Below are positions 1 to 8,899 of a stretch of DNA of 43,427 nt, piece after piece (position 1 is the first letter of the stretch; the number at the start of each line of letters is the position of its first letter). This stretch comes from Kiritimatiellia bacterium (GTDB taxonomy: Bacteria; Verrucomicrobiota; Kiritimatiellia; SLOV01), in NCBI GenBank assembly GCA_007132345.1, contig SLOV01000138.1, forward strand, positions 1 through 43,427. Reading direction: 5' to 3'. A model generated the notes under the pieces. It was given only the letters and a program-made list of their open reading frames with translations. It was not told the DNA's origin and did not search any database. A program made the translations under genes and the position numbers.

Positions 1-2
1 CC

Positions 3-359
3 GGCGATGTATCGCTGGAAAACAATGGTGGCTTCTCTTCCGTTCGACGCTATATGGACCAGATCGATGTCTCGGCCTACAGCACTGCCGTGCTACGCGT
101 GAAAGGGGACGGAAAACGCTATCAACTTCATGTCAAATCCGACCATCGCGACTGGTACCATTACAGTTACGGGTTCCAGACCGGTCACGACTGGGAAGAA
201 ATAGAAATTCCCCTGCGCGAGATGGTCCCTTACTTCCGCGGAACGCGACTCGATAAACCGAATTATTCCGCGGAAGCCCTCGCGAACATGCGGTTGCTCG
301 TTGGCAATCGCGTTGAAGAGTCGTTCCATCTCGAAGTTGATCGCATCTGGTTGAAATGA
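3..359 (+). CDS. CIA30 family protein, 5'-truncated by window edge
   Basis: Open frame from position 3 reads GDVSLENNGGFSSVR...LRVKGDGKRYQL, matching CIA30 family motifs; stop at 357-359. Confidence 0.85.
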   Translation, partial: GDVSLENNGGFSSVRRYMDQIDVSAYSTAVLRVKGDGKRYQLHVKSDHRDWYHYSYGFQTGHDWEEIEIPLREMVPYFRGTRLDKPNYSAEALANMRLLVGNRVEESFHLEVDRIWLK

Positions 360-372
360 TCGAGCGGGCGGG

Positions 373-1929
373 TTACCGGGCATATTCGATGCAGCGGGTT
401 TCGCGGACGACGGTAACCTTTATCTGCCCTGGGTATTCCATTTCGTCCTCGATCTCTTTGCTGATGTTGCGCGCCATCTGCATGGCCTCTTCGTCGTCCA
501 CCTGCGTGGGCGAAACGATGACGCGCACTTCGCGGCCTGCCTGAATGGCGTAGACCTTTTCCACGCCGCGAAAGCGGCTGGCGATGCGTTCGAGATTCTC
601 GAGCCGCTTCAGGTAAATCTCGGTGGTTTCCGAGCGGGCGCCGGGACGCGAGGCAGTGATGGCGTCGGCGGCGCGGGTGAGGGCGGCGTATATGGAAGTC
701 CCCTCGATATCGTTGTGGTGCGCGGCCACGGCATTGACGACCGTCGCCGACTCCCCATGCTTGCGGAGCAGGTCGGCGCCACGCAGGGCATGGCCGCCCT
801 CGCCGGTCTGGTCAAGGCCCTTGCCAATGTCGTGAAAGAGGCCAATGCGGCGGGCGACCGCGGCGTCGAGCCCCAGCTCGGCGGCCATCGCGCCGAGGAT
901 ATGACCCATTTCCATGGAGTGGGTGAGTACGTTCTGCCCATAGCTGTGGCGGAACCTGAGCCGGCCAACCGCGCGCACGATCTCGGGCGCAACGCCTTGC
1001 AGACCGAGAGAGTAAACCGCTTCTTCACCGGCAAGGCGCATGTTCTCTTCGAGTTCCGATTCGACCTTGGCATGTACCTCCTCGATGCGGGCCGGATGGA
1101 TGCGGCCATCGTTAATTAACGTTTCGAGGGTGATGCGGGCGACTTCGCGGCGAACGGGGTCGAACCCGGAGATCACGACAATCTCGGGGGTTTCGTCGAT
1201 GAGGATGTTGACGCCGGTGATGGCTTCCAGGGCGCGGATGTTGCGCCCTTCGCGGCCAATGATGCGCCCTTTCATCTCGTCGCTCGGCAGTGGCACGACA
1301 CAACTGGTGACCTGGTTGGTCTGGTCGGCGGCATAACGCTCGATGGCGGCGGTGATGATTTTCCGAGCCTCGCGCTCGGCCTTGTGGCGGGTTTCTTCCT
1401 GCACGCGACGGATCAGTGTGCCGGCCTCGTGCTGGAGCTCCTGCTCGAGTTGTTCCATCAAATGGCGGTGCGCCTCTTCCTGGGTCAGGCCGGAGAGTCG
1501 TTCGAGCGCCTGGCGCTGTTCACCAAGAATGGTGTTCAGGGCCGACTCCTTCTGCATCAGGATCTCTTTCTGTCGGTCAACGTCCTCCTGTTTGGTTTCC
1601 AGGATCTGTTCGCGCCGTTCGATCTGACTGAGCTTCCGGTCGAGCGTTGCCTCGCGCTGGGCGAGCCGTTCTTCCAGAGCCAGCAGGTCCTTGCGGCGCG
1701 TCTTGCGCTCTTCTTCGAAGGTGCCGCGCATCGCCAGGATTTCTTCCTTGGCCTTGATACGGGCATCGCGCACGAGCACTTCGGCTTCGCGGCGCGCGTC
1801 CTCCAGTTGGTTGCGGGCTTTCCAGGTGGCGGAGGTTTCCCGCATGCGCGCAATGATGACATGCGCGAGGTATCCCGAGAGGACGCCGGTCGTGGCGACC
1901 ATCAACGAGAGCCAGAGGGATGTTTGCAT
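373..1929 (-). CDS. rny: Ribonuclease Y
   Basis: N-terminal TM helix, coiled coil, KH motif (MKGRIIGREGRNIR), HD motif (FHDIGK), C-terminal YAIQAGREVRV and YPGQIKVTVVRE. Confidence 0.97.
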   Translation of the reverse strand: MQTSLWLSLMVATTGVLSGYLAHVIIARMRETSATWKARNQLEDARREAEVLVRDARIKAKEEILAMRGTFEEERKTRRKDLLALEERLAQREATLDRKLSQIERREQILETKQEDVDRQKEILMQKESALNTILGEQRQALERLSGLTQEEAHRHLMEQLEQELQHEAGTLIRRVQEETRHKAEREARKIITAAIERYAADQTNQVTSCVVPLPSDEMKGRIIGREGRNIRALEAITGVNILIDETPEIVVISGFDPVRREVARITLETLINDGRIHPARIEEVHAKVESELEENMRLAGEEAVYSLGLQGVAPEIVRAVGRLRFRHSYGQNVLTHSMEMGHILGAMAAELGLDAAVARRIGLFHDIGKGLDQTGEGGHALRGADLLRKHGESATVVNAVAAHHNDIEGTSIYAALTRAADAITASRPGARSETTEIYLKRLENLERIASRFRGVEKVYAIQAGREVRVIVSPTQVDDEEAMQMARNISKEIEDEMEYPGQIKVTVVRETRCIEYAR

Positions 1930-1998
1930 ACGAATCTCCCACCCCCCGTCGCCTGGCTTGCGGCGGAAGGTTCTGTTTCATGGGTTTCGGTTCAGGGT

Positions 1999-2589
1999 TC
2001 ATGGGTACGACAAATGGGTTGCGCGCTCGGTCCAATAGTCGGCTTCGGGCGTCAAGACGGCGTGCATCGGCTGATCCTGCTCGTTTGCGGGCACGCGGTC
2101 AATGAGTTGAAAGGGAAAGCAGACCCCCAATCGTATTCCGTCGAAGCCAGCCAGGAGCCGGTCGAAGACGCCGCCGCCGTGGCCGAGCCGGTTGCCGTGG
2201 CGGTCGAAGGCGAGGCCGGGAACCAGCATGGCCTGGGCATCGCGGGGGTTCGCCCAGACCGGAGCGGCGGGCTCGCGGATACCGTGCGGGCCGGTGCAGA
2301 GAACGCCCTCGGGCCGCCAGTGTGCCAACCGATAGGCGTCCTGGGCGGGGTCGAGGACCGGGACGAGGATCTGTTTACCCGCTCCGGCCCATTCCGCCAG
2401 CAGGGCGTCGAGGTTGGGCTCGCGGGGCATCGCCAGGAAAGCAGCGATGCAGGGCGCGTCGCGTAAAGCGGGCAGATCGCGTAGCCGACCCGCGAGCGAG
2501 CGGCTGAAAGCGTGCAGCACGGCCGGCGCGGCGTTGGCGCGGCGTCGGCGCATCTCCTGGCGAAGAGTTTCTTTTGCAGTAGCGCTCAT
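1999..2589 (-). CDS. 5-formyltetrahydrofolate cyclo-ligase (YgfA/MTHFS)
   Basis: K..LR N-terminus, GIREP, VPGLAFDRHGNRLGHGGGVFDRLL, DQPMHAVLT. Confidence 0.93.
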   Translation of the reverse strand: MSATAKETLRQEMRRRRANAAPAVLHAFSRSLAGRLRDLPALRDAPCIAAFLAMPREPNLDALLAEWAGAGKQILVPVLDPAQDAYRLAHWRPEGVLCTGPHGIREPAAPVWANPRDAQAMLVPGLAFDRHGNRLGHGGGVFDRLLAGFDGIRLGVCFPFQLIDRVPANEQDQPMHAVLTPEADYWTERATHLSYP

Positions 2590-2674
2590 CTCGAAGCGTC
2601 CCGCTGAGCCGCAACAGCGAAGCAGCCCTCTATCTGGAGGAACGCTGGCTGTTTCATGGCTGCGTTAGACACTC

Positions 2675-4048
2675 TCACGACGGCTGCTCCCCGGAAGGTG
2701 GCGGCGGGGAATCGGCGGCGGCCTTCCCTTTCCGTAACGAGGCCCAGTGCTCCAGGCGCTGGCGAATGGTCGTCTCGTAACCGCGGGGAACGGGGCGATA
2801 GTAGACACGGCTGGTGGGCGCGTATTCCTGTTCCACATAGCCGCTCTCGGTGTCGTGCGGATAGACGTAGCCCTCGTGCCCGAGCCGCGCCGCTCCGGCA
2901 TAACCCGTGCCGCGCAGGGGCGGTGGCACGGGCAGGGTCCTACCCTCTTCCACATCCTTGAGGGCCTCGTCGACGGCCAGGTAAGCGGCGTTGCTCTTGG
3001 GGGCGCAGGCGAGATAGGTGGTGACCTGCGAGAGAATAATGCGCGCTTCGGGCATGCCGACAAACTCCACGGCTTGCAGCGCGGAGGCCGCAAGCGTAAG
3101 GCCGCGTGGGTCGGCGTTGCCGATATCCTCGGAGGCGAGAATGAGGAGGCGCCGCACAATGAAGCGCGGGTCTTCACCTGCGTAGAGCATCTTTGCGAGC
3201 CAGTAGACGGCGGCGTTCGGGTCGCTGCCGCGCACGCTCTTGATAAAGGCGGAGATGGTGTCGTGGTGCCCGTCTTCGTCGCGGTCGTAGACGACCGGCT
3301 TGGTCTGCACCGATTCGCTGGCCGCTTCCAGGGTCACGTGAACCTGCCCGCTTTCGCTGGGCGGCGTGGTCAGCACGGCGATCTCCAGTGCATTCAGGGC
3401 GCGGCGCGCGTCGCCTTCGCAGACGCGTGCGAGGTGACGCAAGGCCTCTTCCTCGGCGGTGGGCGCAAGCGAAGAAATCGTTGGGTCACGCTCCTGTGCC
3501 CGCCGGAGCAGCACGACGATTTCATCCTCGCCGATCGGTTCGAGTTGAAAGACCTGCGAGCGGGAAGTGAGCGGGCTGTTGATGAAGAAGAAAGGGTTAT
3601 GGGTCGTGGCGCCGATCAGGGTGATGGTTCCGTCCTCGACGTACGGCAGAAGCACATCCTGCTGCGCTTTGTTGAAACGATGAATCTCGTCGATGAAGAG
3701 GATGGTTTCGCGTCCGTGTAGCCGGCGCCGCTGGTTGGCGGCTTCCAGGAGGGAGCGCAGGGTGGCGACGTTGGCCAGCACACCACTGGTCTGCTCGAAG
3801 TGGCGCTCCGTGGCGCGGGCGATGACATGGGCCAGGCTGGTCTTTCCGCAGCCGGGCGGGCCGTAAAGCACCAGGCTGCCGAGGCGGTCTGCTTCAATCG
3901 CTCTGCGGAGCAGTTTGCCCGGCCCCAGCAAGTGGTCCTGCCCCACCACCTCTTCCAGGCTGGCCGGGCGCATGCGCGCGGCCAGCGGTTGGCTTCCCGC
4001 CAGATTCACGGCGGCGTTATGTTCGAACAGATCCATTCGTTGACTCAA
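2675..4048 (-). CDS. rarA: Replication-associated recombination protein A (RarA/MgsA AAA+ ATPase)
   Basis: PLAARMRP, Walker A GPPGCGKT, Walker [37 protein letters not shown]; alternative ATG start at 4036. Confidence 0.95.
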   Translation of the reverse strand: MSQRMDLFEHNAAVNLAGSQPLAARMRPASLEEVVGQDHLLGPGKLLRRAIEADRLGSLVLYGPPGCGKTSLAHVIARATERHFEQTSGVLANVATLRSLLEAANQRRRLHGRETILFIDEIHRFNKAQQDVLLPYVEDGTITLIGATTHNPFFFINSPLTSRSQVFQLEPIGEDEIVVLLRRAQERDPTISSLAPTAEEEALRHLARVCEGDARRALNALEIAVLTTPPSESGQVHVTLEAASESVQTKPVVYDRDEDGHHDTISAFIKSVRGSDPNAAVYWLAKMLYAGEDPRFIVRRLLILASEDIGNADPRGLTLAASALQAVEFVGMPEARIILSQVTTYLACAPKSNAAYLAVDEALKDVEEGRTLPVPPPLRGTGYAGAARLGHEGYVYPHDTESGYVEQEYAPTSRVYYRPVPRGYETTIRQRLEHWASLRKGKAAADSPPPPSGEQPS

Positions 4049-4051
4049 AAA

Positions 4052-4246
4052 AATACCCCGCCTTGGCCGTTAACAGGGCTGTAGCACTGGACTCCCTGTA
4101 CATGACAGGTGGGAACTCTGCCGGAGAGGAACGAAGCGTCCCACCGAAAAGGAGGGCCTGTTCGTTCGGCCCGGACTCCGAACTCCCATTTTTGATATAA
4201 CGGGTCAGGTGCTTGTTCGCCCCAAAGACGAACCAGGCAGGGTATT
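4052..4246 (-). ncRNA. ssrS: Putative 6S RNA
   Basis: About 195 nt; minus-strand 5' end AAUACCCUGCCUGG pairs with 3' end CCAAGGCGGGGUAUU followed by a U-run; A/U-rich stretch UUAUAUCAAAAAUGGGAG opposite UUCCCACC suggests a central bubble; pheT...ygfA-rny context is typical of 6S RNA. Confidence 0.8.
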
Positions 4247-4382
4247 GAAAAGGATGGCGCCAACGCGAGCAGCTTTCGCGGCGCTTTACGAATCCCGGTT
4301 GGAAAAGAACGGTTGAGACAATGCCTTTATGACAAAACGAAGTCTAACTGCTCGCAAGCCGTTTGCCAAGCATCATTCATCA

Positions 4383-6797
4383 TCAGTGATCCCGAATCCT
4401 CGCATTCAGCCCGCCAACCAGCGCCGCGCTGACCTTCTCATGGAACCGGTTGGCGTCTTCATCCGTCAGCGTCCGGTCCATGGAGCGGTAGGTGAAGGAG
4501 TAGGCCATGCTCTTCTTGCCGGACTCGATGCCTTTGCCTTCAAAGATGTCGAAGAGTTCTACATGCTCCAACTCCTTTGGCGCGGCCTTCCGGGCGATGG
4601 CCAGAATCTCCTCATGCTTCACGGCGCGGTCGACAATCAAGGCAATGTCGCGGCTGACCGAAGGATAAGCAGGCACAGGCCGCAAGGAAACCGTGCGACG
4701 CTGCTCGGCCTCCAGCAGCAGTTGAAGATCCACCTCCAGCAGACCCACCGGTTCAGTGAAGCGCCATTCCTGGCGTGCTTTGCGAGGAAGCAGACCCAGG
4801 CGACCGATCAGCGCCTTGCCGCGCCGTAGCAGGAATGAAAAGCCGGGCTCGAAACTCTGCGAAGGCTCGGCTGCAAGCGTCCAGCCTTCGAAGCCGTGGG
4901 CCCGGGCCAGGGTTGTCCACACCCCTTTGAGCCCCAAGAGCATCTCCTCTTCATCGACGGGGCTGCGCAGATCGAGACCCGTTCGCCCGGTGGGCCCCAT
5001 GAGGCCGATACAGAGGGTGACCGTTTCTTCATGCGCCACTTCTGCTCCTCCGCGGCGGTAAGTTCGGCCCACTTCAAAGAAGGCCGCCGACCGGATCTGG
5101 CGGGCATGGTTACGCGCCAGCGTTTCGCCCATCTGCGGCAGGAGCGAACTGCGCAGTACGGACTGTTCCTGGCTCAGTGGATGTGGCATCACCACCCGCT
5201 TTTCCGGGTCATCTCCCGCCAGCAAGTCGAGCAGGGCGGGCGATGTGAGGCTGTAGTTCATGATCTCGCGCAGTCCCAGGCCAACGAGCGTGCGGCGGCA
5301 GGCGGAAAGGGCCTGATCGTCCGAATCGTCCGCGCCCGGGATCAGGCGTGCCATCGGAGCCGGAGCGGGTACCCGGTCGAGGCCATGGATGCGCGCCACT
5401 TCTTCGGCGAGGTCCACTTCCCGTTCCAGGTCGCCGCGGAAGATGGGAATTTCCAGTTCGCAACCTTCCGCGTCGCGCTGCACGACGCGAAGCTGGAGGG
5501 ACTCGAAGATCGCGGCGATCCGGTCGGCATCCAGATCGAGCCCGATGAGATCGCGGATGCCGGCGAAACGGCAAGTGACCCGGCGCGGCGTGACCGGCTG
5601 CGGATAGTGATCGATCACGCCAGGGCAGATGGTGGCGCTTGCCAACTCCTGCATGAGTCGCGCGGCACGGCGACTGGCCCACTCGACCGTATCGATGTTC
5701 ACGCCGCGTTCGAAACGGTAGGAGGAGTCGGTGCGTAGGCCCAACTCCCGCGAAGTGGCGCGCACGCTGGCCGGATCGAAGCAGGCGCTTTCGAGGAGAA
5801 CGGTGTGCGTGTCGTCATGAATCTCGCTGCCCGCCCCGCCCATGACACCCGCCACCGCCACGGCCTGGGCGGCATCCGCGATAATGAGCATGTCGGGCGA
5901 CAATCGCCGCTCCACCTCGTCGAGGGTCCGCATGATTTCGCCAGGCTGCGCGCGGCGCACCACAACCTGTTTCTGTGAAAGCCGCTCCAGGTCGAAGGCG
6001 TGCAGTGGATGCCCGGTTTCCAGCAGCACGTAGTTGGTGATATCGACCACATTGTTGATGGGCCGAATGCCCGCGAGTGTGAGGCGGTGCTGCATCCAGG
6101 GCGGGGAGGGGGCCAGTGCGACATTCTCCAGAACACGCGCGGTGTAACGAGGGCAGAGGTCTTCTTCTTCCACCACCACGCTGGCGCGTTCGCCGACTGG
6201 CGAGCCTGCTTCCTGAAGATCGACCGGCGGGAGAACCAGAGCCGCCCCATAGAGCGCGGCTACCTCGCGCGCAATGCCGATCAGGCTGAGGCAGTCGGGC
6301 CGATTCGGCGTCACCTCAACCTCGATCACCGTTTCCGGGGGGGCCAGAACATCGCGCATCGGCGTCCCCGGCGTGAGGTCGGAGTCGAGCGTCAGCAGGC
6401 CGGTGTGATCGTCCGAAAGCCCCAACTCGTCTTCCGCGCAGAGCATCCCCAGCGACTCGACGCCGCGAATCTTCGCCTTCTTTAGTTTCATGCCGTTGGG
6501 CAGCGTGACCCCGACCGATGCGAAAGGGTACTTGCCGCCCACAACGACGTTCGGTGCACCACAGACTACGGTCGCACTCTCGGTGTCAGTACTGACGGTG
6601 CAGAGGGTCAGCGCGTCCGCGTTCGGATGCCGCTCCACGGCGGTGACCTCGCCGACAACAACGCGTTCGTCGAGGACGGCGCCAACGGTTTCCACCGCCT
6701 CGACCTCCAGCCCCGAAAAGGTCAGTTTCTCGACCAGTCCCTCGATCGAGTCCTCGAACGCCACGTATTCTTTCAGCCACGAAACAGGTATTTTCAT
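4383..6797 (-). CDS. pheT: Phenylalanine--tRNA ligase beta subunit
   Basis: Starts MKIPVSWLKEYV (ATG 6797); HPNADAL, VVCGAPNV, EVTPNRPDCLS, INNVVDITNYV, RFERG, C-terminal FDX-ACB (YPSVSRDIA...DRTLTD). Confidence 0.97.
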   Translation of the reverse strand: MKIPVSWLKEYVAFEDSIEGLVEKLTFSGLEVEAVETVGAVLDERVVVGEVTAVERHPNADALTLCTVSTDTESATVVCGAPNVVVGGKYPFASVGVTLPNGMKLKKAKIRGVESLGMLCAEDELGLSDDHTGLLTLDSDLTPGTPMRDVLAPPETVIEVEVTPNRPDCLSLIGIAREVAALYGAALVLPPVDLQEAGSPVGERASVVVEEEDLCPRYTARVLENVALAPSPPWMQHRLTLAGIRPINNVVDITNYVLLETGHPLHAFDLERLSQKQVVVRRAQPGEIMRTLDEVERRLSPDMLIIADAAQAVAVAGVMGGAGSEIHDDTHTVLLESACFDPASVRATSRELGLRTDSSYRFERGVNIDTVEWASRRAARLMQELASATICPGVIDHYPQPVTPRRVTCRFAGIRDLIGLDLDADRIAAIFESLQLRVVQRDAEGCELEIPIFRGDLEREVDLAEEVARIHGLDRVPAPAPMARLIPGADDSDDQALSACRRTLVGLGLREIMNYSLTSPALLDLLAGDDPEKRVVMPHPLSQEQSVLRSSLLPQMGETLARNHARQIRSAAFFEVGRTYRRGGAEVAHEETVTLCIGLMGPTGRTGLDLRSPVDEEEMLLGLKGVWTTLARAHGFEGWTLAAEPSQSFEPGFSFLLRRGKALIGRLGLLPRKARQEWRFTEPVGLLEVDLQLLLEAEQRRTVSLRPVPAYPSVSRDIALIVDRAVKHEEILAIARKAAPKELEHVELFDIFEGKGIESGKKSMAYSFTYRSMDRTLTDEDANRFHEKVSAALVGGLNARIRDH

Positions 6798-7075
6798 CGT
6801 ATTTTTCCCAAATTGCCGCCCTTGGATAGCCGGAAACGGTCCCTCCGAACAAGACGCATCTTGCCCCGGTCCCGCATCGTTCCCCGCCGTTGGTGGCCCG
6901 CTCAGCGGACAATGGCACGACAAGGAGGACCTTCCGGACGGTTCAGAGGGGGGAGTCGCCAAGGGTTCATCCAGGCGCAGTCAACGGCGCCGTTCATTCC
7001 CTTATGGGGGTTGGTTCGGGCGTCGACATTCGCCCATATCTCCTCTTCCTCCGGTGCGATATTATGATGGGCATA

Positions 7076-7771
7076 CTACATCGCGAGCACGTAGTACTGC
7101 GCGCCTAGCGGGAGCCACCTCAGCCATGATTCGGCCACACGCAGCGCGCGTAAGGCATGGGGAAAGAAGACGCGATATTTCACAGCCGTCGAGGCAAACC
7201 CAGCTTGTGCCAGGCGGTTGCACATGTCGGCCGATCGAATCAGTTGTGCGTTTTCGTCGAACGGGCATGTATGGACGGCCCGGCGCGTAAGCGGATGATA
7301 GGGGTTATGCTCGTACACCATGGCGAGGCCACCGGATAGGAGCACGCGGCGGAATTCGCGGAACAAATGGGTGTGCTCGTCAGGATCAATGTGGTGAAAG
7401 ACGCAGGCTGCGAATACGAGGTCAAAACTCGCGTCCGCAAATGGGATTTCCACGCCATCGAAGAGTTGGAATTTCGCTTCTCCAGGGAAACGGCTTTGGC
7501 CCAGTTCCAAGCTCTTGCGCGACACGTCCAGACAGGTGAGTTCGGCCGCAGGCAGATGCTTTCCAACAAACGGCACCGAGGCACCCACTCCAGCGCCGAA
7601 GTCCAGGATGCGTGGGGCTTTCACGGAGGGCTGCAGCCGGTTCCATTCCGCTGCCAGATCGCGAATCTTGTATTCGGCGAAATAGTCGGGATCTTCGCCG
7701 GTGATGGCGATGTTCGCCCGGTGCATGGACCGATACTCCGCGGCGAACCGGTCAAACTCTGCTTCGTCCAT
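7076..7771 (-). CDS. Class I SAM-dependent methyltransferase
   Basis: MDEAEFDRFAAEY start; ILDFGAGVG motif I; ACVFHHI; YEHNPYHPLTR. Confidence 0.85.
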   Translation of the reverse strand: MDEAEFDRFAAEYRSMHRANIAITGEDPDYFAEYKIRDLAAEWNRLQPSVKAPRILDFGAGVGASVPFVGKHLPAAELTCLDVSRKSLELGQSRFPGEAKFQLFDGVEIPFADASFDLVFAACVFHHIDPDEHTHLFREFRRVLLSGGLAMVYEHNPYHPLTRRAVHTCPFDENAQLIRSADMCNRLAQAGFASTAVKYRVFFPHALRALRVAESWLRWLPLGAQYYVLAM

Positions 7772-7785
7772 GAGCGGGGCACCCT

Positions 7786-8862
7786 CTACGCGGATGAATC
7801 GGGATCGCGTGCTGGCGGCGAATGGTGGGCGGACCACTGGCGCGGTGCGTCGAGAGCGCCGGCGGTCTCTTCTACAAAATAGCGGGGTCGCGATTTGACT
7901 TCGGCATAAATCTTCCCCAGGTACTCGCCCAGCATGCCGATGCAGAAAAGCTGGATGCCGCCGAGAAAGTACATGGGCAGCACAATCGACGCCCAGCCCG
8001 GTAAGACCCGATGGGTAATGAAGCGCGCCCAGAGCACCCACGCGGTCAGGCCCATGCTTACGAGGAAAACGACGAAACCGATCAGCGTGATGATGCGTAG
8101 CGGGATGACGGAAAACGATGTAATGCCGTCGAGGGCGAGAGCAACCATCTTCCTCAACGGATACTTGGATTCACCGGCAAGACGGGGGCTGCGGTTGTAG
8201 GTGACGATTTCGGATTTGAAGCCGATGAGGGGCACGATGCCGCGCAGAAAGAGATTTGTCTCATTATATTGTTTCAGGCACTCGATGGCACGCCTGCTCA
8301 TCAGCCGATAATCGGCATGGTTGTCGATCGACTCGGCCCCGAGAGCCGCCATGAGTTTGTAGAAGAGCGAGGCGGTCAGCCGCTTGAAGCGCTTGTCCGT
8401 CTCACGATGCTTCCGCACGCCATAGACAACATCGGCGCCGGCAAGAAAGCGATCGACCATGGCCTCGATAGCGGCGAGGTCGTCCTGCAGGTCGGCATCG
8501 ACCGTGACGAGCGCATCGCCTTCAGCGGTGAACAGGCCGGCGATCAGCGCATTCTGATGGCCGCGGTTGCGTGACAGTTTGATGCCGGTAATGCGCGGAT
8601 GGCTCGCGGCGTATTCCTTGATCAGCGCCCAGGTCCGGTCGCGGCTGCCATCATCCACAAAAAGCATCTGGCTGCTGTCCGCGATCTTGCCGGCGGCCAC
8701 CAGGTGGTCGAGCAGCGCGATGACGCGCTTGCAGGTCTCGGGAAGCACGTCTTGCTCGTTATAGCAGGGAATGATGACGCCAAGTTTCACCGGTTCGTCC
8801 GTGGGTGGCTGGCCGTGAATGGTCGCTGCGGATAGGGGAACTGTAACCGACGGCTTGTGCAT
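7786..8862 (-). CDS. GT2 glycosyltransferase, GtrB/polyprenol-phosphate glycosyltransferase-like
   Basis: IPCYNEQ, FVDDGSRD, LSRNRGHQNAL, DADLQD, two C-terminal TMs, GEYLGKIYAEVKSRPRY. Confidence 0.92.
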   Translation of the reverse strand: MHKPSVTVPLSAATIHGQPPTDEPVKLGVIIPCYNEQDVLPETCKRVIALLDHLVAAGKIADSSQMLFVDDGSRDRTWALIKEYAASHPRITGIKLSRNRGHQNALIAGLFTAEGDALVTVDADLQDDLAAIEAMVDRFLAGADVVYGVRKHRETDKRFKRLTASLFYKLMAALGAESIDNHADYRLMSRRAIECLKQYNETNLFLRGIVPLIGFKSEIVTYNRSPRLAGESKYPLRKMVALALDGITSFSVIPLRIITLIGFVVFLVSMGLTAWVLWARFITHRVLPGWASIVLPMYFLGGIQLFCIGMLGEYLGKIYAEVKSRPRYFVEETAGALDAPRQWSAHHSPPARDPDSSA

Positions 8863-8899
8863 GGGTCAATCGATGGGCGGTATCTTGTCGAGTCGTGCA

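Noticed and set aside
4045-4263. 72-aa minus-strand ORF
   Set aside because: No protein motifs; overlaps the better supported 6S-like RNA
6798-6962. 55-aa N-terminal extension of PheT in the ORF track
   Set aside because: PheT similarity begins at MKIPVSWL (6797); the extension uses a TTG start and is not PheT-like
6798-7075. T-box or attenuator leader upstream of pheT
   Set aside because: No T-box consensus or Phe-rich leader peptide seen
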